Source: Candidatus Chisholmbacteria bacterium RIFCSPHIGHO2_01_FULL_52_32 (GTDB taxonomy: Bacteria; Patescibacteriota; Microgenomatia; UBA1400; Chisholmbacteraceae). From it: a DNA stretch of 64,000 nucleotides. Below, in pieces: positions 1 through 9,232 of this stretch (the first letter of the stretch is position 1; every line of letters begins with the position of its first letter). The DNA is taken from the NCBI GenBank assembly GCA_001816585.1, contig MHCJ01000003.1:156228-220227 (forward strand), read 5' to 3'. Below the pieces are notes generated by a model, which was not told the DNA's origin, made no database searches, and saw only the letters and a list, made by a program, of their open reading frames with translations. Made by a program: the position numbers and the translations under genes.

Positions 1-88
1 ACAATACTCCCTATCACACAGCTTCCGGCGGAAACTCCTTAATGACTTTCAAGCCGAAGCGAGGTAAAAAAAGGAGTCTAGTTTCATT

Positions 89-799
89 ATGGCTGAAGAG
101 TATGTTGTTCCTTTAACGGAGCTTTTAGAGGCAGGATCCCATTTTGGGCATCAGGTACGGCGGTGGAACCCCAAGATGGCTCCGTATATTTACGCCGAGC
201 GGGATGGGGTGCATATCTTCGATCTTGCCAAGACCGCAGAGGGCCTGAAGAAGTCGTGCGAATACGTCCGTGACCTCGTGGCCGGCGGAGGAACGCTACT
301 AATAGTCGGAACAAAGCGGCAGGCACGGGAAATCGTAAAGGAAGAAGCGCTCACTGCCGGAGCCCCTTTCGTTTCTGAGCGATGGTTGGGCGGATCGATC
401 ACGAATTGGGAGCAGATAAAGAAAAGCATTGATAAACTACTTGAAATGCGGGGAAAAAGAGATAGTGGTGAGTATAAAAAATATACGAAAAAAGAGAACG
501 TATTAATCGCTCGTGAGGTTGAAAGATTGGAACGTTTTTTCGGCGGTATGGTCGCTTTGAGGAAAATCCCCGACGCGATTTTTGTCGTTGACACCCATCG
601 GGAGATTGTTGCCGTTAAGGAAGCCCGCAGGAACGGGCTGACCGTGGTCGGGATTGTTGATACGAACGCTGATCCCGAGCTGGTTGACCATATTATTCCT
701 GCCAATGATGATGCCGTGCGTTCGATCAAGCTTGTGGTTTCTTCAATTGCGAAAGCCTATGCGGATGGCAAACGGATGGCGGAGAAGAGGAGTCAATAG
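89..799 (+). CDS. rpsB: 30S ribosomal protein S2
   Basis: 236 aa. The N-terminus MAEEYVVPLTELLEAGSHFGHQVRRWNPKMAPYIY is a canonical S2 signature. An AAGGAG RBS lies 16 nt upstream, and tsf follows downstream. Confidence 0.95.
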   Translation: MAEEYVVPLTELLEAGSHFGHQVRRWNPKMAPYIYAERDGVHIFDLAKTAEGLKKSCEYVRDLVAGGGTLLIVGTKRQAREIVKEEALTAGAPFVSERWLGGSITNWEQIKKSIDKLLEMRGKRDSGEYKKYTKKENVLIAREVERLERFFGGMVALRKIPDAIFVVDTHREIVAVKEARRNGLTVVGIVDTNADPELVDHIIPANDDAVRSIKLVVSSIAKAYADGKRMAEKRSQ

Positions 800-803
800 G
801 CAT

Positions 804-935
804 TAGGGTATAGGGTTTAGGGTGTAGGGTATAGAGCATAGAGCATAGAGCATAGAGCATAGAGCATAGAGCATAGAGCGAAGGGCGTAGGGAAGAGAGT
901 TACGATTTAGGATTTACGAATTATCAATAAAACGA
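804..935. repeat. Heptamer-periodic degenerate tandem repeat block: (TAGGGTN)4 then (CATAGAG/TAGAGCA)x~7
   Basis: Direct reading gives tagggta tagggtt tagggtg tagggta tagagca tagagca ... in the rpsB-tsf spacer. The period is 7. Confidence 0.9.
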
Positions 936-969
936 AGGCTAAAGGTTAAAAGTACGGAGTAAAAAGCAA

Positions 970-1434
970 ATGACAAAAATTACCATCGAACAAATCAAGA
1001 AATTACGGGAGAAGACTGGGGTCGGGGTGATGGAGGCAAAGAAAGCCTTGGAGGAGGGCGGCGGGGATGAGAAGAAAGCCATTGCCTGGATTCAAAAGCA
1101 TGGGTTGATGAAGGCTGCCGCGAAAGCAAAACGGAAAGCCGGAGAAGGTCTGATTGCTTCCTATATTCACCATGGCGGCAAGGTTGCTGCTCTGGTTGAG
1201 TTCGCCTGCGAAACCGATTTTGTGGCGCGGACAGAGGAGTTTGGCAGGCTGGCACGAGAGCTTGCAATGCAGGTAGCTTCGATGGATCCCAAAGATGTAG
1301 CGGAACTCCTGAAGCAGGAGTACATTCGGGAGGTAGGGAAAACAGTAGAACAGTTGATTGCCGAAGTAGTGGGAAAAACCGGTGAAAAGATTGAGGTCAA
1401 ACGATTTGTACGGTGGGAGTTGGCGGAGAAATAA
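970..1434 (+). CDS. tsf: Elongation factor Ts, short form
   Basis: 154 aa. The N-terminal UBA-like motif is ITIEQIKKLREKTGVGVMEAKKALEE. It sits directly after rpsB. Confidence 0.9.
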   Translation: MTKITIEQIKKLREKTGVGVMEAKKALEEGGGDEKKAIAWIQKHGLMKAAAKAKRKAGEGLIASYIHHGGKVAALVEFACETDFVARTEEFGRLARELAMQVASMDPKDVAELLKQEYIREVGKTVEQLIAEVVGKTGEKIEVKRFVRWELAEK

Positions 1435-1555
1435 GCAAGGGCTCCACTTCGTTTCATATTCACTCTATCTGTGCCTGTGTTCTCAAATCGCTCCACTCAA
1501 AGGGGGCATTGAGCATGGTTGAAAGAAACCTATAATATGGTATACTGCGCGTCAT

Positions 1556-2206
1556 ATGACGAGTGTTGAAGATGAGCTGAGGACACTTCGCGAACAACAG
1601 CTGCAGGAACGAGTAGAGCAGATGCGTCGAGAGGAGGCTTCCAAAAAGGCGCTTCAGCAGAAGGCCGATCTTCTGAATACCGAAGCCAGACGGCTACTTG
1701 CTCCATACGTCGAGGCCGTGAAACGGTCCCGTTGCGTTGAAGCGATGCAGGAGTTGGCCTTGAGCGAAGGATTATCAATCAAAGACCCTGAGTTGGCTTC
1801 ACCCGATGTCTCGTTCTTTGTGGCTTTTAAGCCGATTGAGGGGCATAGAGGTGCACAAGATCACTGGTACGAGAGATTTCGTGGTTTAGACCTGGCCGGA
1901 GGATTTTATTGGGATAGTTTCAAAGTTCAAAAACTTAAGCCAGGTAATCTGCGACCACTCAGCGGGCAAGTCATGCTCGAATGGGGTTACTTCATGAAGC
2001 ATGTTGGTGGTGAGGACGAACCTCACTGGGACCAGATTCGATGTGTTTTCGATCAAGAGCGTACAGGATTTGTCATGACGGCTCGGACTGATCATGTAGG
2101 TGGGTACGGTCGGGAGCATTTCGTTGGACGACTTCACGAGCGCGGTTGGGGCAACCAGGCAGTTGAGCGTTTGGTCGCCCAGCTTTATCTACATGCGAAT
2201 ACTTGA
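1556..2206 (+). CDS. Hypothetical protein with an N-terminal coiled-coil, occupying the position usually held by pyrH
   Basis: 216-aa ORF between tsf and frr. It has no UMP-kinase motifs. The N-terminus is charged and heptad-like (LRTLREQQLQERVEQMRREEASKK). Confidence 0.55.
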   Translation: MTSVEDELRTLREQQLQERVEQMRREEASKKALQQKADLLNTEARRLLAPYVEAVKRSRCVEAMQELALSEGLSIKDPELASPDVSFFVAFKPIEGHRGAQDHWYERFRGLDLAGGFYWDSFKVQKLKPGNLRPLSGQVMLEWGYFMKHVGGEDEPHWDQIRCVFDQERTGFVMTARTDHVGGYGREHFVGRLHERGWGNQAVERLVAQLYLHANT

Positions 2207-2386
2207 AATACGGTCAGCGATCTGTTTCCTTAAATTCTTTTCGGACACCTTTCAGTATTTGAGTGATTGAATACACTGCTGACTCTTCTTTTCAGTTTCG
2301 CTATAATGGATGTTGTCCACCTTTGCCAAGTCTAACTTGGCTTCTGAGGATTTCGCACTATATTTTGTATTTCTTGAGGAGCTCAT

Positions 2387-2944
2387 ATGGACGACCCTCT
2401 CCTCGTACAGGCCCGAAATGATATGGAAGCGGTGTTGGATGTGGTTCGCGAGGATCTTTCCACTGTCAAAACCGGGCGGGCCAAACCGGCTCTGGTTGAG
2501 CATATTGAGGTTCTCGCCTACAATACCAAGATGCCGTTGATTGAGCTGGCAACGATTTCGGCACCTGACCCCCATCTGTTGGTAATTCAACCTTGGGATG
2601 AAACGGTTCTTGAGAATATTGCCAAAGCAATTGCGACATCGGATCTCCATTTGAACCCAGTGGTGGACCAGTCACTCATCCGTATCCAGATCCCTTCGCT
2701 GACTGAAGAACGGAGGGAGGAGCTGGTCAAGCTTGTTCACCAGAAACTTGAGAGCGGACGGGTGCTCCTGCGGCAGGTGCGGCAGGATGTGAAAAAAAAG
2801 CTTGAAGGGATGAAGGGGCAGCCCGGTGTTTCCGAGGATGATACGCACAGGCAGCTTGAGAATCTTGAGAAGGCAACCGAAGAGTTTATGGGGAAGATCG
2901 TCACACTAGGTGAGGAAAAAGAAGGCGAGCTGAGAACGGTATAG
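2387..2944 (+). CDS. frr: Ribosome recycling factor
   Basis: 185 aa with RRF-typical segments: VKTGRAKPALVEHIEV, LHLNPVVDQSLIRIQIPSLTEERREELVKLV and a C-terminal coiled-coil. Confidence 0.9.
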   Translation: MDDPLLVQARNDMEAVLDVVREDLSTVKTGRAKPALVEHIEVLAYNTKMPLIELATISAPDPHLLVIQPWDETVLENIAKAIATSDLHLNPVVDQSLIRIQIPSLTEERREELVKLVHQKLESGRVLLRQVRQDVKKKLEGMKGQPGVSEDDTHRQLENLEKATEEFMGKIVTLGEEKEGELRTV

Positions 2945-3060
2945 CAGATGGCGAATAGCAAATGGCTAATAGCTGACGGCTAATAGCTTATAACGAATAG
3001 CAGATAACAAATAGCGAAGAGCAAATAGCAGATAGCAGAAAGCAAATGGCGAATTGCGAG
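2945..3060. repeat. Heptamer-periodic degenerate repeat block (NGCNRAT family: agcagat ggcgaat agcaaat ggctaat ...)
   Basis: About 16 consecutive 7-nt units, read directly from the sequence. Confidence 0.85.
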
Positions 3061-3064
3061 TGAC

Positions 3065-3424
3065 ATGAGTTTTCGGTTTGAGGGTTTGGTGATTTGGAGT
3101 GGGTCGAACACTTTTGCTTCGAAGGTTTACAGATTTACCAAGTCCCTTCCTCGGAGTGAGCAATTCGGTCTGAGCGATCAGCTCAGACGAGCAGCGAATT
3201 CGATTCCGGTCAACATAGCCGAGGGCGCTGGAAGTGCGTCCAATAAAGATTTCGCCAATTTCTTAAACATTGCAATCCGTTCTATCTTTGAAGTAGTATC
3301 ATTGTTGTTTCGGTGCGAACAAGAAAGCTATCTTTCTCGCGCCCAGCGCGAACGGTTTTATCAAGAAGCGGAGCTCCTGGTGAAGCAAATCCAAGCCTTT
3401 CGAGCGAAACTCATTCAGCGCTAG
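3065..3424 (+). CDS. Four-helix-bundle protein (23S rRNA intervening-sequence protein / Avd-like family)
   Basis: 119 aa. The motif SDQLRRAANSIPVNIAEGAGSASNKDFANFLNIAIRSIFEV matches the TIGR02436/PF05635 four-helix-bundle signature. Confidence 0.7.
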   Translation: MSFRFEGLVIWSGSNTFASKVYRFTKSLPRSEQFGLSDQLRRAANSIPVNIAEGAGSASNKDFANFLNIAIRSIFEVVSLLFRCEQESYLSRAQRERFYQEAELLVKQIQAFRAKLIQR

Positions 3425-3470
3425 CTTTTTTTGGACTGTTACCATGTGCCATTAGCCATATGCCATACGC

Positions 3471-4598
3471 TTGTTTACGATGACGCTTTTACTTTTTTTG
3501 GCCATTCTGTCGATTTTGGTGTTTGTCCACGAGATGGGGCATTTTATCGTGGCAAAGCGGTCCGGCATCCGCGTCGAAGAGTTCGGATTCGGGCTGCCTC
3601 CCAGAGTTTTCGGGAAGAAAATCGGCGGGACTATCTATTCCTTTAACCTGCTTCCGATCGGGGGATTCGTCCGCTTGTTTGGCGAAGACGGGGATGACGT
3701 AAGGGGAGGGAAAGCCCCCGATACTCAAACCCTCCGGCATGCGTTTTATTCCCAACCGAAGCGTGTCCGCATAGCGGTCGTTGTTGCCGGTGTTGTCATG
3801 AATTTTCTTCTTGGAGTGGTTCTGTTCGGTGCCTTGTATTCTTTTTTGGGTATTCCGACATTGACTGATCGGATACATATCGTCGGCTTGAGTCCGGAGT
3901 CTCCGGCGGCTTCCGTTTTTCAGCTCGGGGATGAAATCATCAGCGTTTCCGGAGAAGCCATTACGACCACGGACCAGTTCAAGACGTTGGTTGATACCCG
4001 TCGGGGGCAGACGGTGACTTTTTCGATTGTCCGGGAGGGTTCTTCCTTGGAGCTTCAGACGGTACCTCGTACCAATCCTCCGGTTGAGGAAGGTTCGCTT
4101 GGGGTTGTGATTTCTCCCAAGATTGAGCTTGTCCGCTACGCCTCATGGCAAATGCCGTTTCGGGGAGCGTGGTACGGCCTCGGTGAGGCAGTTGCTTGGG
4201 GAAATGATATCCTTAAGGGTTTGGGAGGAGTTTTCCGTGAACTTGTTTCCGGAACCGTGCCGAAGGATGTCGGAGGGCCTTTTGAGATTTACTTCTTAGT
4301 TTCCGAGGTGTCGAAAGCGGGGGTTGTTCCCCTGACGCAGTTCATGGCAGTACTTTCCGTGAACCTGGCTATCGTCAACCTCTTACCTCTTCCCGCGCTC
4401 GATGGCGGAAGGCTGCTTTTTATCGGCGTTGAGATGGTGACGGGGCGGCGGGTGCGCGCAAAGGTCGAGCAAATGACTCACACGATCGGGATGGTATTCC
4501 TTTTGGCGGTCATGCTTGCCATTACCGTTCGCGATGTCCTGCGGCATTTTGGGGCGGGAAGCCTGACGGCGCTTTTGGAGAAGGTTGGTCGGATGTAG
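3471..4598 (+). CDS. rseP: RIP metalloprotease RseP (site-2 protease, M50 family with PDZ domain)
   Basis: 375 aa. The HEMGHF zinc motif sits in the first TM helix. There is a central PDZ-like region and the C-terminal LLPLPALDGG motif. It sits between frr and proS, as in many bacteria. Confidence 0.9.
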   Translation: MFTMTLLLFLAILSILVFVHEMGHFIVAKRSGIRVEEFGFGLPPRVFGKKIGGTIYSFNLLPIGGFVRLFGEDGDDVRGGKAPDTQTLRHAFYSQPKRVRIAVVVAGVVMNFLLGVVLFGALYSFLGIPTLTDRIHIVGLSPESPAASVFQLGDEIISVSGEAITTTDQFKTLVDTRRGQTVTFSIVREGSSLELQTVPRTNPPVEEGSLGVVISPKIELVRYASWQMPFRGAWYGLGEAVAWGNDILKGLGGVFRELVSGTVPKDVGGPFEIYFLVSEVSKAGVVPLTQFMAVLSVNLAIVNLLPLPALDGGRLLFIGVEMVTGRRVRAKVEQMTHTIGMVFLLAVMLAITVRDVLRHFGAGSLTALLEKVGRM

Positions 4599-5031
4599 GT
4601 TCGTTTTGTATAGACGTAAAAGATCCGTACTCCCGAAGATTTGTGATCCGCATGGGCGAAATATCCGGTATTTTTCCCCTTGGAGCAAAGGGGATGAAAT
4701 TTGCTGAACTTCCCTGCAGAAGATACATCGGACTTTGTTCCAGTTGTCCCTGCTCGTTTATTCCGAGAACATTGGTTCCGAATTGGAGACGGACGACTTT
4801 TTTTAGGGTTACTTTCCCGCCAGTGGGGTAGTCCTGTTTGACTTCGACCTCATCGAGAAGCCTGGCTCTTATCGGCCGCTTCGCTTTCGCGGGGAATAGC
4901 GCTTCTTCATCTTCTTCGAGGTTGCGTCTCTCTTTAAGGTCTTCTCCTTCCCTTCCGCAACGGAACATCTGAAACTCGAGGGAGGCCTGGAGTTCGCTGG
5001 GTTGGTATGACCCCGTTTCTTTGCCGGTCAT
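4522..5031 (-). CDS. Hypothetical small protein (uncertain ORF in the rseP-proS spacer)
   Basis: 169-aa minus-strand ORF filling an otherwise 480-bp spacer. It overlaps the rseP 3' end by 77 nt. No recognisable motif. Confidence 0.3.
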   Translation of the reverse strand: MTGKETGSYQPSELQASLEFQMFRCGREGEDLKERRNLEEDEEALFPAKAKRPIRARLLDEVEVKQDYPTGGKVTLKKVVRLQFGTNVLGINEQGQLEQSPMYLLQGSSANFIPFAPRGKIPDISPMRITNLREYGSFTSIQNEPTSDQPSPKAPSGFPPQNAAGHRER

Positions 5032-5078
5032 GGTGGCTTATCATAGCATTTCCACCCATGGTTTGTTATTATTGCCCC

Positions 5079-6350
5079 ATGAGACAGAGCCGGCTTTTTC
5101 CGAGGACCATCCGGAGAGAACCCGCAGGGGCGGAGAGTGTCAACCACAAGCTATTGGTACGGGCGGGATTCATCGATCAGCTGATGGCGGGGAGTTGGAC
5201 GCTCCTGCCGTTGGGTTGGCGGGTGGTGGCACGGATCAATCGGATCATTCGGGAGGAGATGAATGCCATAGGCGGACAAGAGATGCTCATGCCGCTTCTG
5301 CACCCGCGCTCAGTTTGGGGCGAGACCGGCAGATGGGGAAGTGCAAAAGATAACCCGCTTGGGGCCAAGGAAGTGATGTATCAATTTAAAGACATCAGAG
5401 GTCGCGAGTACGCGTTATCGTTTACCCACGAGGAGATCGTCATGGACTTACTGAGAAAGAGCATTCAAAGCTTCAAAGATTTGCCTGTTTCTGTTTATCA
5501 TTTTTCCACAAAATTTCGAAATGAACCGCGTGCGAGGAGCGGAATCTTGCGAGGTCGGGAGTTTTTGATGAAGGATCTCTATTCTGCACACGCCACCGAA
5601 GCGGACTTGATGGAGTATTACGAGAAAGTCAAGAATGCCTATTCAAAGATATTTTCGCGGCTTGGTTTTACCTATCGGGTAACAGAGGCTTCAGGAGGAG
5701 TATTCACCGAAAACAGGACTCATGAGCATCAAGTATTGGCAGACACCGGAGAAGACACTATTTTTTACTGTAATACCTGCGAATGGGGGCAGAATAAAGA
5801 GATATTTGAAGGAAAGGAAGGTGAACGGTGCCCGAGTTGTAAAAAGGGCAAAATTATCAAAGCGCGCTCGATTGAGGTCGGGAATATCTTCCCTTTGGGA
5901 ACGTGGTACGCAGAAAAGATGGGGGTTTTATACACGGATCGTGACGGGAAGAGAAAGCCGGTGTGGTTTGGCAGCTACGGTATCGGTCCTACGAGGGTTT
6001 TGGGGGCGCTCGTTGAGGTGTCTCATGATGAGAAGGGGATCATCTGGTTTCCGCAGGTAGCACCGTTTGCAGTTCACCTCATCGAAGTCAAAAGTCAAAA
6101 GTCAAAAGTCAAAAGTTTTGCAGAGGAGGTTTATAACAAATTGAGCGAAGAAAACATCGAGGTGTTGTGGGATGACCGTGATGTCGGGGCGGGGGAGAAG
6201 TTTGCCGACTGTGATTTAATCGGGATTCCGGTACGCCTCGTTGTCTCGGAAAAGACCGGGGAGATGGTTGAATGGAAGGATCGAACGGATGATCGTATCG
6301 AGCTTTTTTCACTTCACAGAGTGATTGACAGGTTGAAGGAAATGCAGTAG
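5079..6350 (+). CDS. proS: Prolyl-tRNA synthetase (short type lacking the editing domain)
   Basis: Start chosen at the MRQSRLFPRTIRREP ATG at 5079, because the ORF-track start at 5007 adds a non-conserved leader. Class II motifs are present, as is the C-terminal zinc region CNTCEWGQNKE...CPSCKKG. Confidence 0.9.
   Translation: MRQSRLFPRTIRREPAGAESVNHKLLVRAGFIDQLMAGSWTLLPLGWRVVARINRIIREEMNAIGGQEMLMPLLHPRSVWGETGRWGSAKDNPLGAKEVMYQFKDIRGREYALSFTHEEIVMDLLRKSIQSFKDLPVSVYHFSTKFRNEPRARSGILRGREFLMKDLYSAHATEADLMEYYEKVKNAYSKIFSRLGFTYRVTEASGGVFTENRTHEHQVLADTGEDTIFYCNTCEWGQNKEIFEGKEGERCPSCKKGKIIKARSIEVGNIFPLGTWYAEKMGVLYTDRDGKRKPVWFGSYGIGPTRVLGALVEVSHDEKGIIWFPQVAPFAVHLIEVKSQKSKVKSFAEEVYNKLSEENIEVLWDDRDVGAGEKFADCDLIGIPVRLVVSEKTGEMVEWKDRTDDRIELFSLHRVIDRLKEMQ
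6087..6114 (+). repeat. (GTCAAAA)x4 heptamer repeat embedded in the proS coding sequence
   Basis: Four perfect tandem copies encoding VKSQKSKVKS in frame. The unit belongs to the same family as the intergenic GTTNAAA repeats. Confidence 0.9.
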
Positions 6351-6376
6351 AACTTCTTTCGACGAGTCACTTCAAT

Positions 6377-7375
6377 ATGACCTCAAAACCAACAATTGTT
6401 GTTGTCGGTGGTGGGACGGGAACGTTTGTTGTCCTTACGGGACTCAAGAAATATCCGGCCGAGCTGACGGCAGTGGTGTCGATGGCAGATAGCGGCGGCA
6501 GCAACCGGGTGATTCGTGATGAGTTTGGGCTTCTCCCGACCTCGGATATCCGCCAATGCATGGTCGCTTTAGCTGAGACGAACGGGGAGGGTGAACTCCT
6601 CCGTAAACTGTTTATGTACCGTTTCCATAAGGGAACGGGGATTTCGGGGATGACGTTCGGGAATCTTTTTATGGCAGCCCTGGCGGATGTGATGGGATCG
6701 CAGGAACGGGCGATTGAAGAAACCGGCAAGATTCTGCGGATACAGGGTAGGATTCTTCCCGTTTCCAACGACAAAACCGATCTTTCCGCTGTCTACGAGG
6801 ATGGTCATACGGTGGTTGGGGAGCATGAGATCGATGAGCCGCGGCATGACGGGCGACTTCGGATTACCCAACTTTCGGCAAAACCTAAGGCGCGGGCGGA
6901 TCCCCACAGCGCGCAGGCAATCAGGGAAGCTGATCTGGTTATTTTGGGACCCGGGGATCTCTATACGAGCGTTTTGGCCGATGTGGTGATCGAGGGCATT
7001 CCGGAGGCCATCAGGCAATCGCGGGGCAAAGTCGTATATGTCGTAAACCTCATGACGCGCTTCGGACAGACGTATAACTTTTCCGCCTTAGATCACGTCA
7101 ACGAGGTCGAGAAATATATCGGGGAAGGGGTACTCGATGCGGTGTTTGTCAATTCCAATATGCAGTTTCCGGCGAACGTTCTGACCGCGTACGCGAAGGA
7201 GCATGCAAAACCCATTGAGGACGATCTCACGGGGCGGAAATACAAGGTTATTCGGGCAGACTTTCTCTCCTCAACGCTCTACAAAAAATCTCCGGGCGAC
7301 GCGCTTACACGGAGCGTGGTTCGTCATGATCCGCATAAATTGGCGAAGGCGTTTTTGGGATACTTGAAGAAGTAA
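6377..7375 (+). CDS. YvcK/CofD-like (UPF0052) gluconeogenesis-factor family protein
   Basis: 332 aa. VVVGGGTG, VVSMADSGGSNRVIRDEFGLLPTSDIRQ and the LVILGPGDLYTS motif are typical of the YvcK/CofD fold. Confidence 0.75.
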   Translation: MTSKPTIVVVGGGTGTFVVLTGLKKYPAELTAVVSMADSGGSNRVIRDEFGLLPTSDIRQCMVALAETNGEGELLRKLFMYRFHKGTGISGMTFGNLFMAALADVMGSQERAIEETGKILRIQGRILPVSNDKTDLSAVYEDGHTVVGEHEIDEPRHDGRLRITQLSAKPKARADPHSAQAIREADLVILGPGDLYTSVLADVVIEGIPEAIRQSRGKVVYVVNLMTRFGQTYNFSALDHVNEVEKYIGEGVLDAVFVNSNMQFPANVLTAYAKEHAKPIEDDLTGRKYKVIRADFLSSTLYKKSPGDALTRSVVRHDPHKLAKAFLGYLKK

Positions 7376-7603
7376 CTTTATATCATATTCATCGCTGCCT
7401 GCTTTGATTTCGTCTAGACCCCATACTCCATACTCCATACCCCTTTTTCCCACTTGTTCTTTTTTCGGCTTTTGACTATACTCGGTTTACCCGGTGAGGA
7501 TTATCCAAAAGCGAAGGAATTGTGGAATTATTTTTATTGGTGTGGGTTAAAGGTTTATGCTTTTTAAAAAAGCACGACCTTCAGGGGAGGGGGTTATGAC
7601 TCA

Positions 7604-8446
7604 ATGCCGAAGAGGATTGTCACTCACCTTAATCCCGATTTGGATGCCATAACTTCTGTCTGGCTTCTGACTCGCTTCGGGGGCAAGGATTTTGCGGATG
7701 CTTCGGTTCAATTTGTTCCGGCCGGAGAACGGCTGCCTGAGGAGGACGCCAATACGGTCCACGTCGACACCGGGCTCGGGGAGTTCGATCATCACCAGAA
7801 CGATAAACGGAGAGCCAAGACTTGCTCGGCGAAGCTTATCTACGAATGGTTGGAGAGAAAAGGCCGTGTTTCAGGAAACGACGCACTCCGTCGGCTGGTC
7901 GATGTGGTGAATGAGATCGACCACTTCAAACATTGCCATTGGCCGGAGGCAGATAACGACCGCTACGAGTTTTTCCTTGAGGAAGTCCTGGCAGGTCTCA
8001 AGACCGGAAGTTATGTACGAAGCGATAATGAGCTTCTTTTGATGGGTATGCGTTTGCTTGACGGGGTGCTGGTTTCGTTTCGCCACAAGGTTGCAGCAGA
8101 AGAGGAGCTTTCGAAAGGTATCGTTTTTGACGCGAAGATTGGGAAGATATTGGTTCTTGAAACCGGAAACGATACGGTAATGAAATTGGCACTAAAGAAA
8201 GGATATGCGCTGTCGGTCCGCCGGGATCCTAAGCGGGGAGCGATCCGGATTAAGGCAGATCCCACAGCTGAGATTGATCTGACGCCGGTGTACGATGCCC
8301 TGCGGAGGAAGGACGCCGAAGCGACATGGTATTTACATCCTTCAAGGCACATGATTCTTAATGGTTCAACCAGGAATCCCAAGATGCGGCCATCGAAATT
8401 GACACTTGCGGATGTAATCGGGATCCTTAAGGAAACTGACAAATAG
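7604..8446 (+). CDS. DHH-family phosphoesterase-like protein
   Basis: 280 aa with DHH motifs I (HLNPDLDAITS), II (HVDTG) and III (FDHHQ). No clear DHHA1 GGGH motif was seen. Confidence 0.5.
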   Translation: MPKRIVTHLNPDLDAITSVWLLTRFGGKDFADASVQFVPAGERLPEEDANTVHVDTGLGEFDHHQNDKRRAKTCSAKLIYEWLERKGRVSGNDALRRLVDVVNEIDHFKHCHWPEADNDRYEFFLEEVLAGLKTGSYVRSDNELLLMGMRLLDGVLVSFRHKVAAEEELSKGIVFDAKIGKILVLETGNDTVMKLALKKGYALSVRRDPKRGAIRIKADPTAEIDLTPVYDALRRKDAEATWYLHPSRHMILNGSTRNPKMRPSKLTLADVIGILKETDK

Positions 8447-8505
8447 CAGGCAGCGAATGGCGTATGGCAGATGGCGTATAGCATATGGCAAATAGTACGA
8501 AGAGG
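8447..8505. repeat. Heptamer repeat block (NGCNRAT family)
   Basis: Direct reading gives agcaggc agcgaat ggcgtat ggcagat ggcgtat agcatat ggcaaat. Confidence 0.8.
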
Positions 8506-8564
8506 GAGATCGGACGGAGATTATACTTATTTCGATTAATGAAAATTATTAACTTGAAACTGAT

Positions 8565-8969
8565 ATGAACGATTGCCCGTTTTGTCAGATTGTTTCTGGA
8601 AAATCTCCGGCGTTTATGGTATACGATGACGACCGATTCATGGCTTTTTTGGATATCCGTCCATGGAGTCGGGGACATACGTTGGTTATCCCGAGGCAAC
8701 ATGCGCGCTGGGTTGATGATGTGCCGGATTTTGGCGCGTACTTTGAGGTTGCCCGTAAGGTGTCGACGGCGCTGAAGCGAGGCTTGGGCGCTGAGCGGAT
8801 TCAGTATTTTACGATAGGGGATGTGGTTTTCCATGCCCACATCCATGTGATCCCACGTTACCCGGGAGACCGGGGACTTCTCCCTCGTTTCCCCGGAGAA
8901 CGGCGGTTCGGCGATCGGGAAATGCGCGAGATGGCGGAGAGGTTACGAAAGAAGATTAACAAAGAATAA
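8565..8969 (+). CDS. HIT-family (histidine triad) nucleotide hydrolase
   Basis: 134 aa with the histidine triad HAHIHVIPR near the C-terminus. The N-terminal CPFCQI matches the HIT fold. Confidence 0.9.
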   Translation: MNDCPFCQIVSGKSPAFMVYDDDRFMAFLDIRPWSRGHTLVIPRQHARWVDDVPDFGAYFEVARKVSTALKRGLGAERIQYFTIGDVVFHAHIHVIPRYPGDRGLLPRFPGERRFGDREMREMAERLRKKINKE

Positions 8970-9011
8970 GAAGTCAAGAGTAAAAAGAAGGGGGGTGTTT
9001 TTTCATCTCGT

Positions 9012-9212
9012 ATGGCAACGATTGTAAAGGCAAAACCCGATGAGACGCCGGACAGCGTGATTCGAAGATTCAAGAAGAAGGTGCTTCAGAATCAGGTGCT
9101 CACCGAGGTTCGGCGGCGAGAATATTACATGAAGCCCAGTGAGGAGCGGAAGGAGCGAAAAAAAGGGATTGAACGCCGACGCTACGCACGCATGAAGGGC
9201 GGGATGGACTAA
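9012..9212 (+). CDS. rpsU: 30S ribosomal protein S21
   Basis: 66 aa, highly basic. VIRRFKKKVLQNQVLTEVRRREYYMKPSEERKERKK matches the S21 pattern. Confidence 0.85.
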   Translation: MATIVKAKPDETPDSVIRRFKKKVLQNQVLTEVRRREYYMKPSEERKERKKGIERRRYARMKGGMD

Positions 9213-9232
9213 TCGTTCTCCTTCTCCGGCAT

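Noticed and set aside
190-729. Antisense ORFs inside rpsB (190-729 and 503-691) and similar shadow ORFs inside tsf, frr, dnaX, gyrA and hisS
   Set aside because: Each lies wholly within a strongly supported conserved gene on the opposite strand and has no motifs.
4599-5078. Possible RNase P RNA in the 480-bp rseP-proS spacer (gaaatatccgg and ctggctcttatcgg resemble P4 strands)
   Set aside because: The two segments cannot pair as P4 requires, and no GGAAAGUCCGGGCUCC or ACAGAACCCGGCUUA consensus is present. The likelier content is the weak minus-strand ORF or plain spacer.
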